The notes below the pieces were generated by a model that saw only the letters and a list, made by a program, of their open reading frames with translations, searched no databases and was not told the origin of the DNA. DNA of 63,848 bases, the filler included, from Choristocarpus tenellus KU-1152 (taxonomy: Eukaryota > Protista > Phaeophyceae), in assembly GCA_964200185.2 (NCBI GenBank). It is 13 parts of 13 records of this genome, joined end to end, with 100 filler letters (N's around TTAATTAATTAA, not from the genome) between each part and the next. Parts side by side here need not be neighbours in the genome. Positions count along the whole stretch, not along the records: positions 17,668 to 25,044 come from CAXNAD020006244.1; positions 25,145 to 28,924 come from CAXNAD020017969.1; positions 29,025 to 33,933 come from CAXNAD020012573.1; positions 34,034 to 38,184 come from CAXNAD020015961.1; 9 more parts are not named here. One strand, given 5' to 3'. Made by a program: the position numbers and the translations under genes. Below are positions 24,426 through 37,420 of the stretch, piece by piece (position 1 is the first letter of the stretch; each line of letters begins with the position of its first letter).

Positions 24426-25144
24426 CTTTGTGGGGATTCAGTTTCCAAATTAGATATCAACAAGCACCAGGGGAAAATTGAGGCAATGACAAAGGCTTTT
24501 TTGGGGGGGGGAAACTATGTGGTGGTAACAATAGAGTGGACCTTTTGGGGGAAGGGTTAATGTCATGCAAGCACAGAATACTCTTCAGCTGTGGGGGGTG
24601 CAGGAAGAATTTCAACAGGAAATCCTAGAGCGAGAATTAGAGTGCAATTACTATTTGTGGAGGGTGTTTTGAGTTGATATAGAAGAAGAGGTCGTGTTGG
24701 ACACTAATACAAGATAAGTCAAAGATCGCTGTATCAACTAGTCACACGGAATTGCTGACTCACTAGAACACCGACAGGACACCATCTGCACAACAAAAGC
24801 CTTGCATGGTTTGGGAACTCTACTCCAAACTCCAGGGCAACACTGACATCCACCGAGTGATCCTCAGCTGAACGTCTTGGTGTGCAATGGCTGTAGCGAA
24901 TTGGAGCACCAAACAAGGTTCAATTGTCTCAAAATCCACCAACAACCTTGCAGTGTGTAGAGATATACTACTACTCGGAGTACTGCAGAGTACAATACGG
25001 TAGCACAACCCAGAGTGCATACTGGGTCAAAGTATCTTGGGGGGNNNNNNNNNNNNNNNNNNNNNNNNNNNNNNNNNNNNNNNNNNNNTTAATTAATTAA
25101 NNNNNNNNNNNNNNNNNNNNNNNNNNNNNNNNNNNNNNNNNNNN

Positions 25145-25189
25145 GTCAAAAACGGACACCGGCACCCCCCCCCCCAGATACTTTGACCC
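25145..25189. mobile_element. MITE family A-related terminal fragment at contig start (similar ends at 25024-25044, 28049-28092, 34034-34055, about 17700-17740)
   Basis: poly-C followed by CAGATACTTTGACCC TIR. Confidence 0.7.
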
Positions 25190-25281
25190 TTTTGCAAGGG
25201 GGACACTCAACCAGGTAAAAAGGCGAATTTGTTAGGGTGCACCCCTCAAGACAGTTGTCTGATATGCTAGAGGAAGACACT

Positions 25282-25539
25282 GAATAAAAGTATCTTAGAG
25301 GGTACGAGCTTTTCCCTGTTTGTTCATTTAGGGCTTGGCTTCCCACGGGTTTTCAATGACATTTTACCTACTCCAAAATGTTTCGGAGTTGGTAAAATGT
25401 TCAAATTATGAAAAGGAGTGTCCAAAACACGGATATTGACATCTCCAAACAAACATTATAGCCAAAATTACATCAAAATTGCAACATTAAATTTGACCCC
25501 CAAATGGATACGGCACTACCCTCTAAGATACTTTGACTC
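25282..25539 (+). mobile_element. MITE family B, TSD ACT
   Basis: GAATAAAAGTATCTTAGAGGGTA...TACCCTCTAAGATACTTTGACTC; ACT on both flanks. Confidence 0.88.
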
Positions 25540-25877
25540 ACTCCCTGGAAATGTGCGGGAGGGTGTTTTCAACAAAATAAAAATGTCCTATGTCCTACGC
25601 CTATTCAGGATATAACACAGAAAAACAAAATAATATCGTGCCAAAAGCTGGGGGGTGGCAACCCTCATCTCCCCTACGAATTTCTGCAGCTCATTTATGC
25701 TGTATAGTTGAGATGATATGCTAGAAAAATAAAACATAGTTGTTTTAGGTGGCACTAACTGCATCACGTCCTGAACGCTGGAAGAATTGTGCGAACAAAA
25801 TGTTGTTCACTTCCTTTGTCTCCATGGTGTTGTGTGACGAGTGTGTTGTTCGGCAACCAAACAAAATATGATGATCT

Positions 25878-26057
25878 GACCCAAAGTATCTGGGGGGGGG
25901 GGGATCTACACCAGGTTGTCCATTTCAGCCAAAACCAGGAAAAGTGCACTTACATTATCCATGTGACACATGCAACCAAATCACACAAGAATCGCGACAT
26001 GAAAAAAATTGGCTCAAAATGGACAGCTGCCACCCCCTCCCCCAGATACTTTGGCTC
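25878..26057 (-). mobile_element. MITE family A, full length, TSD TCT
   Basis: GACCCAAAGTATCTGGGG...CCCCAGATACTTTGGCTC; TCT at 25875-25877 and 26058-26060. Confidence 0.9.
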
Positions 26058-26183
26058 TCTATCCATTTACTCTGCAAGTATCTAGAGAGATTGTTAGCAA
26101 CATGCCCCTCATAGCACCAAAAGTGCCCTGTGTGTAATTGTATATTCTACCTTCCGCACAATCATCTGGGTGACGGAAAGCAG

Positions 26184-27982
26184 GTCGAAGCAGGAGTTGG
26201 ACACCAGAATGTCATGCCTGCAGAAAGAGGTCACTTACCTCAAGGCCAAACGGTACAAGCCCCTCTCCTATGCCCGACCAGTCACTCTTGAGGACCGTGA
26301 AGAGGCAATGCTCAGGTACAAACCAACCTGCCATTGGTGATAGTACAGTACAAGACCAACACCCAAACCCGTCTCAAATAAATTATTCGTGATTGGGGAT
26401 GAACGCATCATTTTGTGTAGACAAGCAAGAGTGCCATCCATACATCAATCACGGAATGTCAAGACTATCACACTGTTGTCTTCACCCTCCCGTAAAAACA
26501 TGTCTCCATAGAGATATACTGGTCGGGTAAGGAGCACACTAATGTAAGTGCTGTCGGCTGATACGGGATATGCTCACAATGGGAAAAATCAAATTCACAG
26601 CCTCATTAAGGTCGATATTTTGATGGGAGAAATTTGTGACTGGATATTTACCTCAATACTTCAAAGCAAAATTCGTGTTTTCTTGTCATGTCTGTGTTCA
26701 TGAGAGTGTGTCAGCAATGTTGATACACCTGGTTTTACAACAATGATTTAGGTTGGTGTAGGTTTGTATTCATATGTGGTATGAGGAGGGCATCATACAG
26801 ACAGCAAGACCCAATAGTTCAATTTGACAGACTACAAAGAATGTTTCTCATTATACTTCCTAGTTGGAGTAGAGATAACTGTCTATTCCATTTTGTGGTA
26901 CAGTACTACAATTGAACTCGTTTGCATGTTACAGTGGTCTGATCTTCAGAGCTAGGGGTGCTCAGTGACAGATACTGTACGTTTGGCAACTGCATCACTT
27001 TCGTGTGTACAAATAGCAGAAAAGATTGCTGTTTAATCTGATCTTGACGTGTATCTGGGCATTCCACAGAATGATGCTCAAATTGGAGAAGACAAGGGAG
27101 GAGAAACAGCGGCACATTTTGCTTGAAGTGGTGAAGGACGAGACATCACCCCTCACCAAGGTTGTTTCCAATCCATTTGACTGATAATAGTCTGGATTAG
27201 TTACTTTCAAGGGAATCTTTCCCAGCACATGGGTTGATGCCACTACCATTTCTGAGCGAATGATGACACAGGAGTTTGTTCGTTCTTTCATTTTCTCATA
27301 CTCAGAGGATGGTACATTGCCTGCAGCATGGTTATACCTAGCCCTTCAGGACTGTACACAAGTCCCTTACACTAGGCAGAAAGAGTAGTACAAGAAGACT
27401 CGCTGCCTACACCACTTACTCCTCTCCTTATCTTGGAGACACTCTAGGTTGAGATATGCCTAGAGAATGAGATACAACACAAAAGGGAAAGGCAATGCAT
27501 AATCCCAGATATGTCACATAATTCTGCCATATTTCCGATCTGGAGCACTCTCTTGACGTAATGTCAATCATATCATTCATAACGGCATCTCTTCTGTTGT
27601 GGGGAATCTCACCAAGTCAACCTTTGCCGAATGCTTTACATATCTGTATCCCCTATATACTAGATGCGGCAGGTCCTAGGCTCAAAGCTCATGATCACCT
27701 GTCTTGTGCTGACACATACTGATGCCAGTCGATATTGTTGCCCTTAACTCTCCTTCGATCATTTTTTTTTTTGTGGCTCACTTATAAGACTACCTTGTCA
27801 TCATTGCTGTCATTTTCGCGAATCCGTACATAGACTAACATTCCTAGTTCTGGCCTGTTATATGTGTGGTGCAATATCGAAAACATGTTCTTCTCTTGGC
27901 CCACCATGGACTATCAGCCCCCTCAAAGCGATCTCCTCTCCATGGAGGAACACCTAAAGGAGGTTGAGGACGAGAACAAAAG
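26184..27982 (+). CDS. Internal exons of a coiled-coil protein (26184-26315, 27070-27160, 27918-27982)
   Basis: Phase-consistent joins give SKQELDTRMSCLQKEVTYLKAK...EEAMLR|MMLKLEKTREEKQRHILLEVVKDETSPLTK|PPQSDLLSMEEHLKEVEDENK. Confidence 0.6.
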
Positions 27983-28863
27983 GTAGGATACTACTAGATA
28001 TGCTTCTGGTTGCTCTTTGCCCTTCCCTGAACATATTTTGTGTCAAAGGGGTCAAAGTATCTGGGGGGGGGGGTACCGGTGTCCTTTTTTTACCCTAATG
28101 CAGCGATCTCTCTACAGTGGGTGAGTAGGAGGAGTCTCCAAGGACTAAGTGGAGTACCAGATCTCACTAACCAGTGGACCTTCCCGCAGTATCACGTTTT
28201 CCTCTTTTGAATGCTGCATAAATGTTTCAAGTAGTGTCGTCAATTCACTGACCACATGGGACATGTTGGCATTTGCAAGTGACACAGCACATTTAAGTTT
28301 GTAACCCTTCAACCTGTTTCTTCGAGAGGTAAAATTTCTCTAAGTGATCACATCAGGCATGCATGTATTCAGAGATACCTTGGGTCCGAGGGCCAATCGC
28401 ATGGAGAGTATACAGATAGGCCCACACAATGTGCACATTTGGTGGAACCTTGCACATCAATATCCTCTCTTATGTTTTTAAAGTTTAAGAATTGGCTCCT
28501 TTCGATTTCCATTAATACCAGCAAAAGGTGGGAAAAGCTGTCCAGACTTCAGAAGCAGGTTCAATCACATGTTTTGTCTTGTATAACGGGGCAGAATGAG
28601 AGTCAAAAATGAAGATTGGTGTAATGTCACGATGTGGAGGCATCCTGGCTCATTCTTTGTATTTACGAAGTCATGCATCAAACTTGCTTTGTATGATAAT
28701 CCCTAGGATTGCTCTGACTTCAATCGAGCACATGCTGCTGGAAGAGGGTGGGAGTAAGATAGAAATGCCCCTGCTTCTCTGATCCACCACAATTTCAACT
28801 CCTGTACCTCCCCCTTGGGATGTTGCAGTGTGCACCACTGTTTCTCATGAACTAATATGAAAT

Positions 28864-28924
28864 GACTCAAAATATCTGGGAGGGGGTGGCGGCTGTCCAT
28901 TTGGGGTCACTTTTTTCATGTCGC
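28864..28924 (+). mobile_element. MITE family A left half at contig end
   Basis: GACTCAAAATATCTGGGAGGGGGTGGCGGCTGTCCATTTGGGG...; left flank AAT. Confidence 0.8.
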
Positions 28925-29024
28925 NNNNNNNNNNNNNNNNNNNNNNNNNNNNNNNNNNNNNNNNNNNNTTAATTAATTAANNNNNNNNNNNNNNNNNNNN
29001 NNNNNNNNNNNNNNNNNNNNNNNN

Positions 29025-29095
29025 CCCAAAAATCGTGATATGAAAAAGTTGACTCCAAATGGACAGCCGCCACCCCCTCCCAGATACTTTGAGCC
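29025..29095 (-). mobile_element. MITE family A half at contig start
   Basis: ...CCAAATGGACAGCCGCCACCCCCTCCCAGATACTTTGAGCC; flank TCT. Confidence 0.8.
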
Positions 29096-29759
29096 TCTTC
29101 TACCACAGAGGGCGAGATCAAGTTTCACAGGTCTTGGTCCAGTATCCCAACATCAGTCAAGAAAATTCAGAACAGAACTAAAACCTTAATACACAACAGA
29201 TGTCACAGAATGACTGAGCAACGTCACAGCAGGAAAATGGATCAGAATCGGAATGGATCTGCGTTCTTGACAATCCTTCTGATTTTTTGGTAAAATACAA
29301 ATCTTAGGGGTATGTCTGGTTTTGTGGACTGGTCGATATGGGCAAGTTCAATGACGTGGTTTCCGCGCGCACATGTATATGACCGCGCGCCATATCCACA
29401 TAAAGTGTGTGTGGGAGATCCTAAAAAAGGAACCTCTTTCTCACATATAGTTATAAAATAAAATGCAAAAAAAAATCAACATGGTAATAAAGAGGAAGGT
29501 ATACATGTCAACTCACCATTCTTTTCACAACCAAGTAGTAAATCTGGAACCAAGAATCACAGAAAGGCATACTGATTTATCTAGACACATATAAACTTCA
29601 GAATAATCAGATCAAGCCTTGTACACCATCCAGTTGACACATAGATACCACCACCGCTACCAAGGACGGTATTGGTCAGACTCCATACCCCGCCCAAAGT
29701 TCAGCAGGTAGAACCATGTATGTTTGGTGTCTGTGACCACCTTTGGATGACAAGCTGGA

Positions 29760-29910
29760 GCTGCATTGACCTCCCTAGTATGCCACGTCCATGGAGTGTT
29801 AGTTTGACTTCATCCTCCGCATATCTATACCAGCGGTTTGGGTCTTTTGGAAGCATATCCCACTTTTCTCTGCGATGACAAAATACTCATGGTCATCCTG
29901 GAGGCACCAC
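29760..29910 (-). mobile_element. Possible remnant of RTE-type LINE ORF C-terminus
   Basis: WCLQDD...(frameshift)KWDMLPKDPNRWYRYAEDE resembles the W..A.D...W end of RTE ORFs. Confidence 0.3.
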
Positions 29911-32011
29911 CACCATTATCATTATTCAATGTAATCCAGAGCACTCAGTATTAATTGTTGATAGTACTGTTGTTTCAGAGTGGGAATCCAAAACCTATCG
30001 AGTACATCAACAGTAGTATCACGTTTGGACTCTAGACCTCCAGTCTTCATATATGTAGAAACTACAGCAGAAGGAAGTGCAAAGCCTACTACAGGACAGC
30101 ACTGTGCATTTATTTATCAGCAATGAAACACTCTAGAGCTCTACCAGGAGATGAGCACAACATTATCATTTAGTTGCGGGGCACACCTTGCCTCTGGTGG
30201 ATGCCAACCCGTTCACCATTGACTGGAAATTTCGCATGAGTGAGGTATTCCAATCTGTCAGGACGCATTGGCACTGCATCCTATCCATATATATAATCTC
30301 GACAAGGATCTCCTTCTCGTTGATATCTCATTGGCCTCCTTCGAGGTCTAGGCTGCCCGTATCATCTTCAACCATTACACTTGATCAAACTTTGTTGTTT
30401 GATCCCTTACAAGAAACTCCACAAATGTTGTAGGTTTGTAGAAACGTTTATTTTCTAAGCAATGCATATGCACAAAGATTCTCCATTAGGTGCTTTCCCC
30501 CCCTCAACAATTCCGGTCAAGTGTCGGATGGGATATGATTTTGTTCCAACTACTATTATTAACTGGTCTGGCATGTATTGGTCGAGAATTTACCATGCAC
30601 ATTTATTATTATTTTTACAACAATGTTATGTGCGTTCTGTTGTTGATTCTTATCCGGTCACAGCTAGGTTCGTGTATAGCAGTGGAGCGTTTTCGAATGA
30701 TACGTGAACTGACAGTGCAGTGCTTTATTTCAATCAGAAGTGACTACTTGGATCTGTACAATCTGGGTGGAGGGCATAGGACTGCTGGATGATTGGCAAG
30801 TTTTCAGAATCACTAATTTCCAGTGCAGGCTCACCCTACAACAGTTGTGAAATTTAACTAGTTTTGAGTAGTTATCTTTCATGTTAAAGAACAGCAAACA
30901 AGCACGCCTTGTCCAGCAACGTGGAGCCAAACTGGTTATCAGAGACGAAATTCTGTTTAGTAATTCACAACAATTTAACCCTGCAAAGGGTGAATTGTTA
31001 TAATAAACAAATACTGAAAATGGTTAATAGAGTTGCCTGATCCCGAGCAAGAAAAAAGCATGCTCTCGGGGTGTAATTTCCAGATCCTGCACAGTCGAAG
31101 ACTGTGACCACACCAAACCTTGTTCACTGGTGATGCCTCAAGTCAATAGTAAAAAAAAACGTGCAGTATTTTTGATAAGTGCGTGTTGCAGGAAATTTGT
31201 AATTACACTTGTATGTTTTTGATTAGTGTATGGATAGAGAGCTTCGTAGTGCAGTCTAGGTTATATGGTATTTTTGTCTACGCAGGGAGTACCATGGGAG
31301 TGTTCGACGGGTATCAACTGTTGAAGTACAGGGCTTCATCCAGCAACAACAATATGACAAACGATGAACCATTAAGCAGAGGCCACAGTAAAGATATATG
31401 CATATTGCGCTTCCTTTTTCAGGGCACACAGTCAACTTGATAACAAGTGTCTAACAGGGGACACCATTGTTGGGGTGCCATCCTTACTCCGAAGCATGAA
31501 AAGGGGGGTACAGCAAGGGCATGTGCCCTGACTAGCAATAGAACGGATACTGTGTTGTACATGAGTTTTCTGCTATTGTCAATGTACTATGGCTCAGGGT
31601 CTTACTTGTAGATCTTGTACTGTGATCGTTTCTTGGTGCTGATCCAGCTGCGGGGAATGAACCCAACCAAAAAAGCAAGAAAATCCAACTGCCTGTTGAG
31701 CAGCATGTTCTTGATGTTTCTAATTGGAAGACATGGCCTTTTCAGTAGTATATCCCTATGCATGAGGCACCAATACGCTGGTTGAGGCTGTCTTTAATTG
31801 ACTTAAACAAGATTCATGGTATCTTCTACATATACTATGAGAGCCTCATTGGGATGTTGGCCAATAGCTTGATAGAGTATGCTCATACACCTTTTCACAA
31901 CTTTACCTCACTAAATCACATTGTTCTCCCCTGCACCCGCACTCACTTCCTTGTGTCATATTTCATCACATAATTCATCCGTTCATAGAAGCAATGTTCA
32001 TCAACGATTCT

Positions 32012-32208
32012 GGCTCAAAGTATCTGTGAGGGGGTGGCAGCTGTCCATTTGGGGTCAATTTTTGTATGTCGCGATTTTTGGNNNNNNNNNNATTTTTGGG
32101 TTATTTGGTTGCATACGTCGGATAGATACTGTAACTGCACTTTTCCTAATTTTGGTCCAAATGGACACCCTGGTGTAGACCCCCTCCCCCTCCCAGATAC
32201 TTTGGGTC
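32012..32208 (+). mobile_element. MITE family A, full length with internal 10-N gap, TSD TCT
   Basis: GGCTCAAAGTATCTG...CAGATACTTTGGGTC; TCT on both sides. Confidence 0.9.
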
Positions 32209-32987
32209 TCTGACAGCAACAGAAGGTTGGATAATGCCATGGAAGAAGGTTGGGAACGAGCACATGTTGCTACTCACTTTAAATGCACTGACAATGATGG
32301 ACAACCAATCAACTCCTCCCCACTGAGGAAAGGTTCATGAGCCACACAAAAAATACAAAGCATTAATCTCTCAATAGTAGAGGAAACTGGCAAGTTTGTA
32401 CAAATTCGAACCTATGCATGGCTTCTTGATCCATCAGAAGAGCATGTTCACCCTTTATGCACAGGATGGTGCGGCAAGACTTACTGTCTTCATTTTTTCT
32501 GCAATGCCAGCCATCACAATGCATTTGTTATTGAGAGTGAATGATCTGTACATCACCTTTGTTTCACATCTTTCTCATCTTGTTGCTGCCCGATCTCTGA
32601 CAGTACACATCAAGATAACTAAGGGACTGTACATATAGACTGATGTGCTCTGTGGCTCTATCTTTTGCAGGAAATGGCTTTCAGCACTGTCACCAACAAA
32701 CATGCAAGTGCAAGAAATGAGTGCGTGGAATAATGTGCCCATATAATTTTCCCGAAAATTTTGTGACATGTATCTATCGGTTGCCCTCAATCGGAATATT
32801 TTATAACAACGGGCAATTTCCAACTTGTTTTCATATCATTCAAAGGTACGCATCCTTGTAACTTGCCAAGGTTTACCTCCAAGTAATGGAACGGAATGCA
32901 TGGACAAGCAAGCACAACACTTTGTTGAATTTTTTCCACTTCAGTTATGAAGAACAAGGAAAGACTATCAATATCCCTCACATCTTG

Positions 32988-33716
32988 CTACAACTGGCTT
33001 GGGGCTCTGTCACAGGCATCATACCTACCTTCACTATCCAATACATCATCTTGTGACTGTGGAGACGCCATACTTTCAAGTCCTTGATCCCCATTGCATA
33101 TTCTACTCCCTTCAGGAGTGTTCCCATTGCTAGTTTCTGGTAGTGGAGCAAATTCCATGCACATTCTCCTAACCTCTACCGTGCCGTCCATTACATCGTC
33201 TTGTGGCTGTGGAGACACCGTGTCTTCAAGCCCTTCATCTCCAATGCTAATGGTATCCCCTTCAGTAACGTCCCCTTCGACAATGTCCCCTTCAGCAATG
33301 TCCCCATTTCTGGCTGCTGGTGGGTGGGTGGGTTCCACAGACATCTTCCTAGCCTCTACAGCATTGTCCAAGGCATCATCCTGTGGCCGTGGAGACACCA
33401 TATTTTCAAGCCCTTGATCCCCAATGCATATGCTACTGTCTCCAGGAGTATTCCCATTGCTAGTTTCTGGTAGTGGAGCAAATTCCACTGACATTCTCCT
33501 AACCTTTACAGCACTATCCATTACATCGTCTTGTGGCCGTGGTGACACCATGTCTTCAAGACCTTCATCTCCAATGCTAATGTTGTCCCCCTCAGCAGTG
33601 TTGTTGCTTCTGGTTCCTGGTGGAGGGACTGGCTCCACAGACACTCTCCTATGAAGCTCCCGTGTCATCCTGTCTACATTCCCCTCTTGAACTGCACTAC
33701 CCTCTTTCTCTGCCAT
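32988..33716 (-). CDS. Large exon/ORF encoding an acidic, disordered protein with four ~50-aa tandem repeats
   Basis: 242-aa open frame; repeat RRxSVE...IGD(E/Q)GLExMVSPxPQDDxxD; probable donor gtaggt at 33028. Confidence 0.65.
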   Translation of the reverse strand: MAEKEGSAVQEGNVDRMTRELHRRVSVEPVPPPGTRSNNTAEGDNISIGDEGLEDMVSPRPQDDVMDSAVKVRRMSVEFAPLPETSNGNTPGDSSICIGDQGLENMVSPRPQDDALDNAVEARKMSVEPTHPPAARNGDIAEGDIVEGDVTEGDTISIGDEGLEDTVSPQPQDDVMDGTVEVRRMCMEFAPLPETSNGNTPEGSRICNGDQGLESMASPQSQDDVLDSEGRYDACDRAPSQL

Positions 33717-36355
33717 TGGAGAAGCCTCTGAGTGCAGCCTGTGCTTGCAGGGACAAGGGGAAGGTTGAGGAATGTGGATGCTTAAGGAATAGTGGGGAAT
33801 GGTACCTCACACAGTAGGCCTCTAGTACCAAGCATTGCAAGAAGAGAATGACCAGACGTAGGGGGTGAGGATAAGCATTGTGTGATCTAGCTAGATGCCG
33901 AGTGAAAGCAATCGAGGTGTACCCAGAGTTTCGNNNNNNNNNNNNNNNNNNNNNNNNNNNNNNNNNNNNNNNNNNNNTTAATTAATTAANNNNNNNNNNN
34001 NNNNNNNNNNNNNNNNNNNNNNNNNNNNNNNNNCCCCCCCCAGATACTTTGGGTCTTGTTCCTCTCTCAAGATATATACCACTACCTGCCACTTGTGGTA
34101 CAGAGTGGAGGTCACCATCACAAGTCTTGCACAACAATCATTCCCCATATCGTTCATATACTATAGAGTCTTCACTCCTCTCTACCTCTCTCCTGCCTGG
34201 AGTGCATCATGATATATACCTGAAGCTCTCTTTGATGCATTGTCCTCGTCACAAAATAATGATCATAACCATTTTATGAAATAAAGAGTAGGTGATATTT
34301 TATCGGATAACCATCCAACTGGCTCCTTTTTTGGTTCAAGTGAGCAAGGCATGAATGAGATAAAGACACAATTGCAACTGCCGTGCAGTTTGGGTTGGGT
34401 GTCATCTATCTTGTTTTGCATCATATTTTATTGGAAGCAATACAAACCCATATTTTTGTTGTGTCGGCTGTCATATATTTTTTTTCTTCTCCCTCCTTAA
34501 CACCTGCAAACAAAGAAATAATATTGTGCTGTGGAATAGTAATTCCAGGTACATATTTTGGTGGTAAGTGCTTGTTAACCTGTTCCCACGCCCACCCTCT
34601 CAAGAAAAAGGAGTTACTATTATTGTGGCGGCATTTTTTTGTATAGGGTATGTGCTCGTCCTATCAAATATCCATGCATAAAATCATTTCAATCATCTCC
34701 CCTGCCTACACTACTACTAGGGCACACGTGCTACATATCTACGTGAGTGTCATACAGTTACATCAGAGAGAAAGCATATCTGTTTCTTTTCATAGTGTGT
34801 ATTTGTTCTCCATCATATTGAAATTATTTTTTTTGTACATTGATCAGAAACATTTTTTGGAACAGTTCTACAACAAAGAAAGATAGGGATCATTCAACAC
34901 TCACTCGGTGACACACACACACACACACACGTCTTGTAGGTGTACTGAACTGCTCCTACACTGTCACTGTGAAGACGATTTACAAAACATGGGAAGAATC
35001 TCATTGAGTCTGCCAAACGCATTGCCCCTAAGATTTTTTTCTTCACCATGAATCGCACGATGCACCTTAAATTTGGTACACAACATGTTCCAGATGTTCG
35101 TGCTCATTTTCATATTTACACTTCAAAGTATGTGTTAAGATTACAAAGGAAGAGAGATGAGCAAAGGCGTAAGCAATTCCTTCATGATGAGGCCAATCCT
35201 TCACCAGAAACAACCAACACGGAGATAATCACATTCACAAATTGGAAATCACAACAATCACTCAATCGCAGTTCTCAAACACAACTAGTTCAATTGATGT
35301 ATGGGAGAACGAACAAAAAGGAGGATGTAACCTCACAAATAAAATGGGGGTGTGCATTTAGCATTGTCAGAAAATTTTGTACCAATCCACAAAAAAAAAG
35401 TTATGGTCGCCCTCATCATTCACACATTCTTTAACATTTACTTTCTATTTATTGCTCATTTTATCTTTATTTCTTCTCTTTATTTATTATTAGTACAGTT
35501 TGTTGCTCTCATTGACCCTTTATTTATTTTATTTTATTTTATTTCATTGCCTGTTTTGCACACTAGCAGAGCAGCCTTGAGCATGCTTTGTGCATGGGGG
35601 GCACAGGACAGGCAATAATCAGATGCTGTGTAGGTCATGAATGATGTAAGTCTAATCCTTGATAGCACTTACATTTATATAACCGGGAAGATTGGAATGG
35701 AAGACACACGAATTGTATGCCTAATCATAGCTTATGTATTTTGTAACTTTTGAAGGTCTAGTTCAAAACAAGATATACTCGCATTTCTGGGATAATGTGG
35801 GAAAGCGACAGCTCTTACTCTTTCGCTCAAGTGGACGTTACTTACCATGGCATTCACAGAAGAGACTAGAGAGTTCGCTTTTCTGCTTTTTGTATTATTT
35901 TAGTTTTGTTTTTGTTGTGAACGTAAAATTGCATCTGTAGACAGATAAATGAAAGCCCACCCTGCCACTCAACTTTGCTACTCGACGCTGCATCACCTAC
36001 ACTTGGAGCATGTCTAGCATGCTCGTCTAGTTTAAGGCGAGAAACATTGGGGGTGAGACGAAGCAACCAACCCCTTACGTATCAAGCGCATTCCCTTCCC
36101 GTAATTCATCTGTCCTGCTTACAGAATCTTTGCTCTAAACAACGGGTGAACAGATCTAAATTGTCATACAGGAACGTTGAAGGGATAGCATCCACGCAGA
36201 GACGCTTACTGGCCTATAATTGGGTTGCAGGTACGAGCTAGCTTGCTGCTGCTTCGTTCCTGCTTAAAAACGTCATCCTGCAACGCTGTGTAGTAAACCT
36301 CTAGAAATGCAGAATGAACTCGGGCAACGGAAACTAGGTGCTACTGTGATGCAGC

Positions 36356-37308
36356 TTAGTTGAAGGAGTAGGAAGCACCCACAAGGTCGTTGATGATGTA
36401 GGGCTGGTTAGAGAGCTCCTCGTGCACCATCATGGCGAGGATACCCATCTGGGCGGCACGGCCATTGTTGAGCTCGATTGCCCTCTTGGAGGCCTGGGTC
36501 TCCTCGGACATGGCATCCCAGGAGGAAGCGAAGGGGTTTCCGCCGATGGTGAAGTCACCGGGGAAGGAGCCCTCCACGTTCTTCATGACAGCCAGCTCGA
36601 GGAAGCCGACGAATGCCACGATCTGAGCAAGTCCCAGAGGGGGGATCTTGGAAAGGGCAGCCACACCATTGGGCATGTCAGCGAAGGACAGGTTGGCCGA
36701 GTTGGACAGCATGCCGGGCAGGCGGGTGTTCTGGGCGACCATGTGGCCAACGACGGCGAGCATAGAGATACGGCCGTGCTTGATCTCCACGTACCGGAGG
36801 CGCTCGAAGCGCTCCTGGTCAGCGTCAGCAAGGAGGCCAAGGGGGTCGAAGAACCCAAGAGGGGGCTGGGCGCCGATCTCAGACTCGAAGGACATCTTCA
36901 TGGCGGTGGAGGTCTTGGGGGCAGTGGCCAGAGAGGCACCGTTGAAGGCGCTGCTTAATTGGAGCAACAGAGGAGGAATTGTTGAAGCGCAATGTCAATA
37001 CTTCATGTGAGAGACATCGTAACCACGAAATGAATACAAAATAGTTGACCTGTTAATCCAGAATGATCATAGTTCCTGAATCGTATCTACATATTAAGCA
37101 TCAATGCGCTCCTCGTTACCAATGAAAGGCAGGAAGTTGAGCAACAGGTGACAGTTGATACAGTACATCGCAGATGGTAACATGCACACTCCAAGTAGTT
37201 CAAACAAGCACAACTAAGGCTATAGTGCATTATTGCTTACACTGACCTAGGGGCCACGAAGGCCTGGGCACCAGCGGCGCAAGCGACAGCCATGATAGCA
37301 GACTTCAT
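36356..37308 (-). CDS. LHCF: Fucoxanthin-chlorophyll a/c binding protein (LHCF), complete; exons 37308-37247 and 36953-36356
   Basis: MKSAIMAVACAAGAQAFVAP|SSAFNGA... bipartite presequence (AQA-F), GFFDPLGL, RYVEIKHGRISMLA, ELNNGRAAQMG; phase-2 GT-AG intron; strong GC3 bias. Confidence 0.97.
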
Positions 37309-37420
37309 TGTTTAAAAGGAGAGTGGTGAGTTGATTAGGCGATAGGATGTGTTTTCGATGAGGACTGATCGGAGGAAGGACATAGGGGTTTGGTGGTAAC
37401 ACTCTAGAAAATATTTTTTT

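Noticed and set aside
36422-37010. Long antisense and alternate-frame ORFs over LHCF
   Set aside because: Shadow ORFs caused by high GC3 codon bias.
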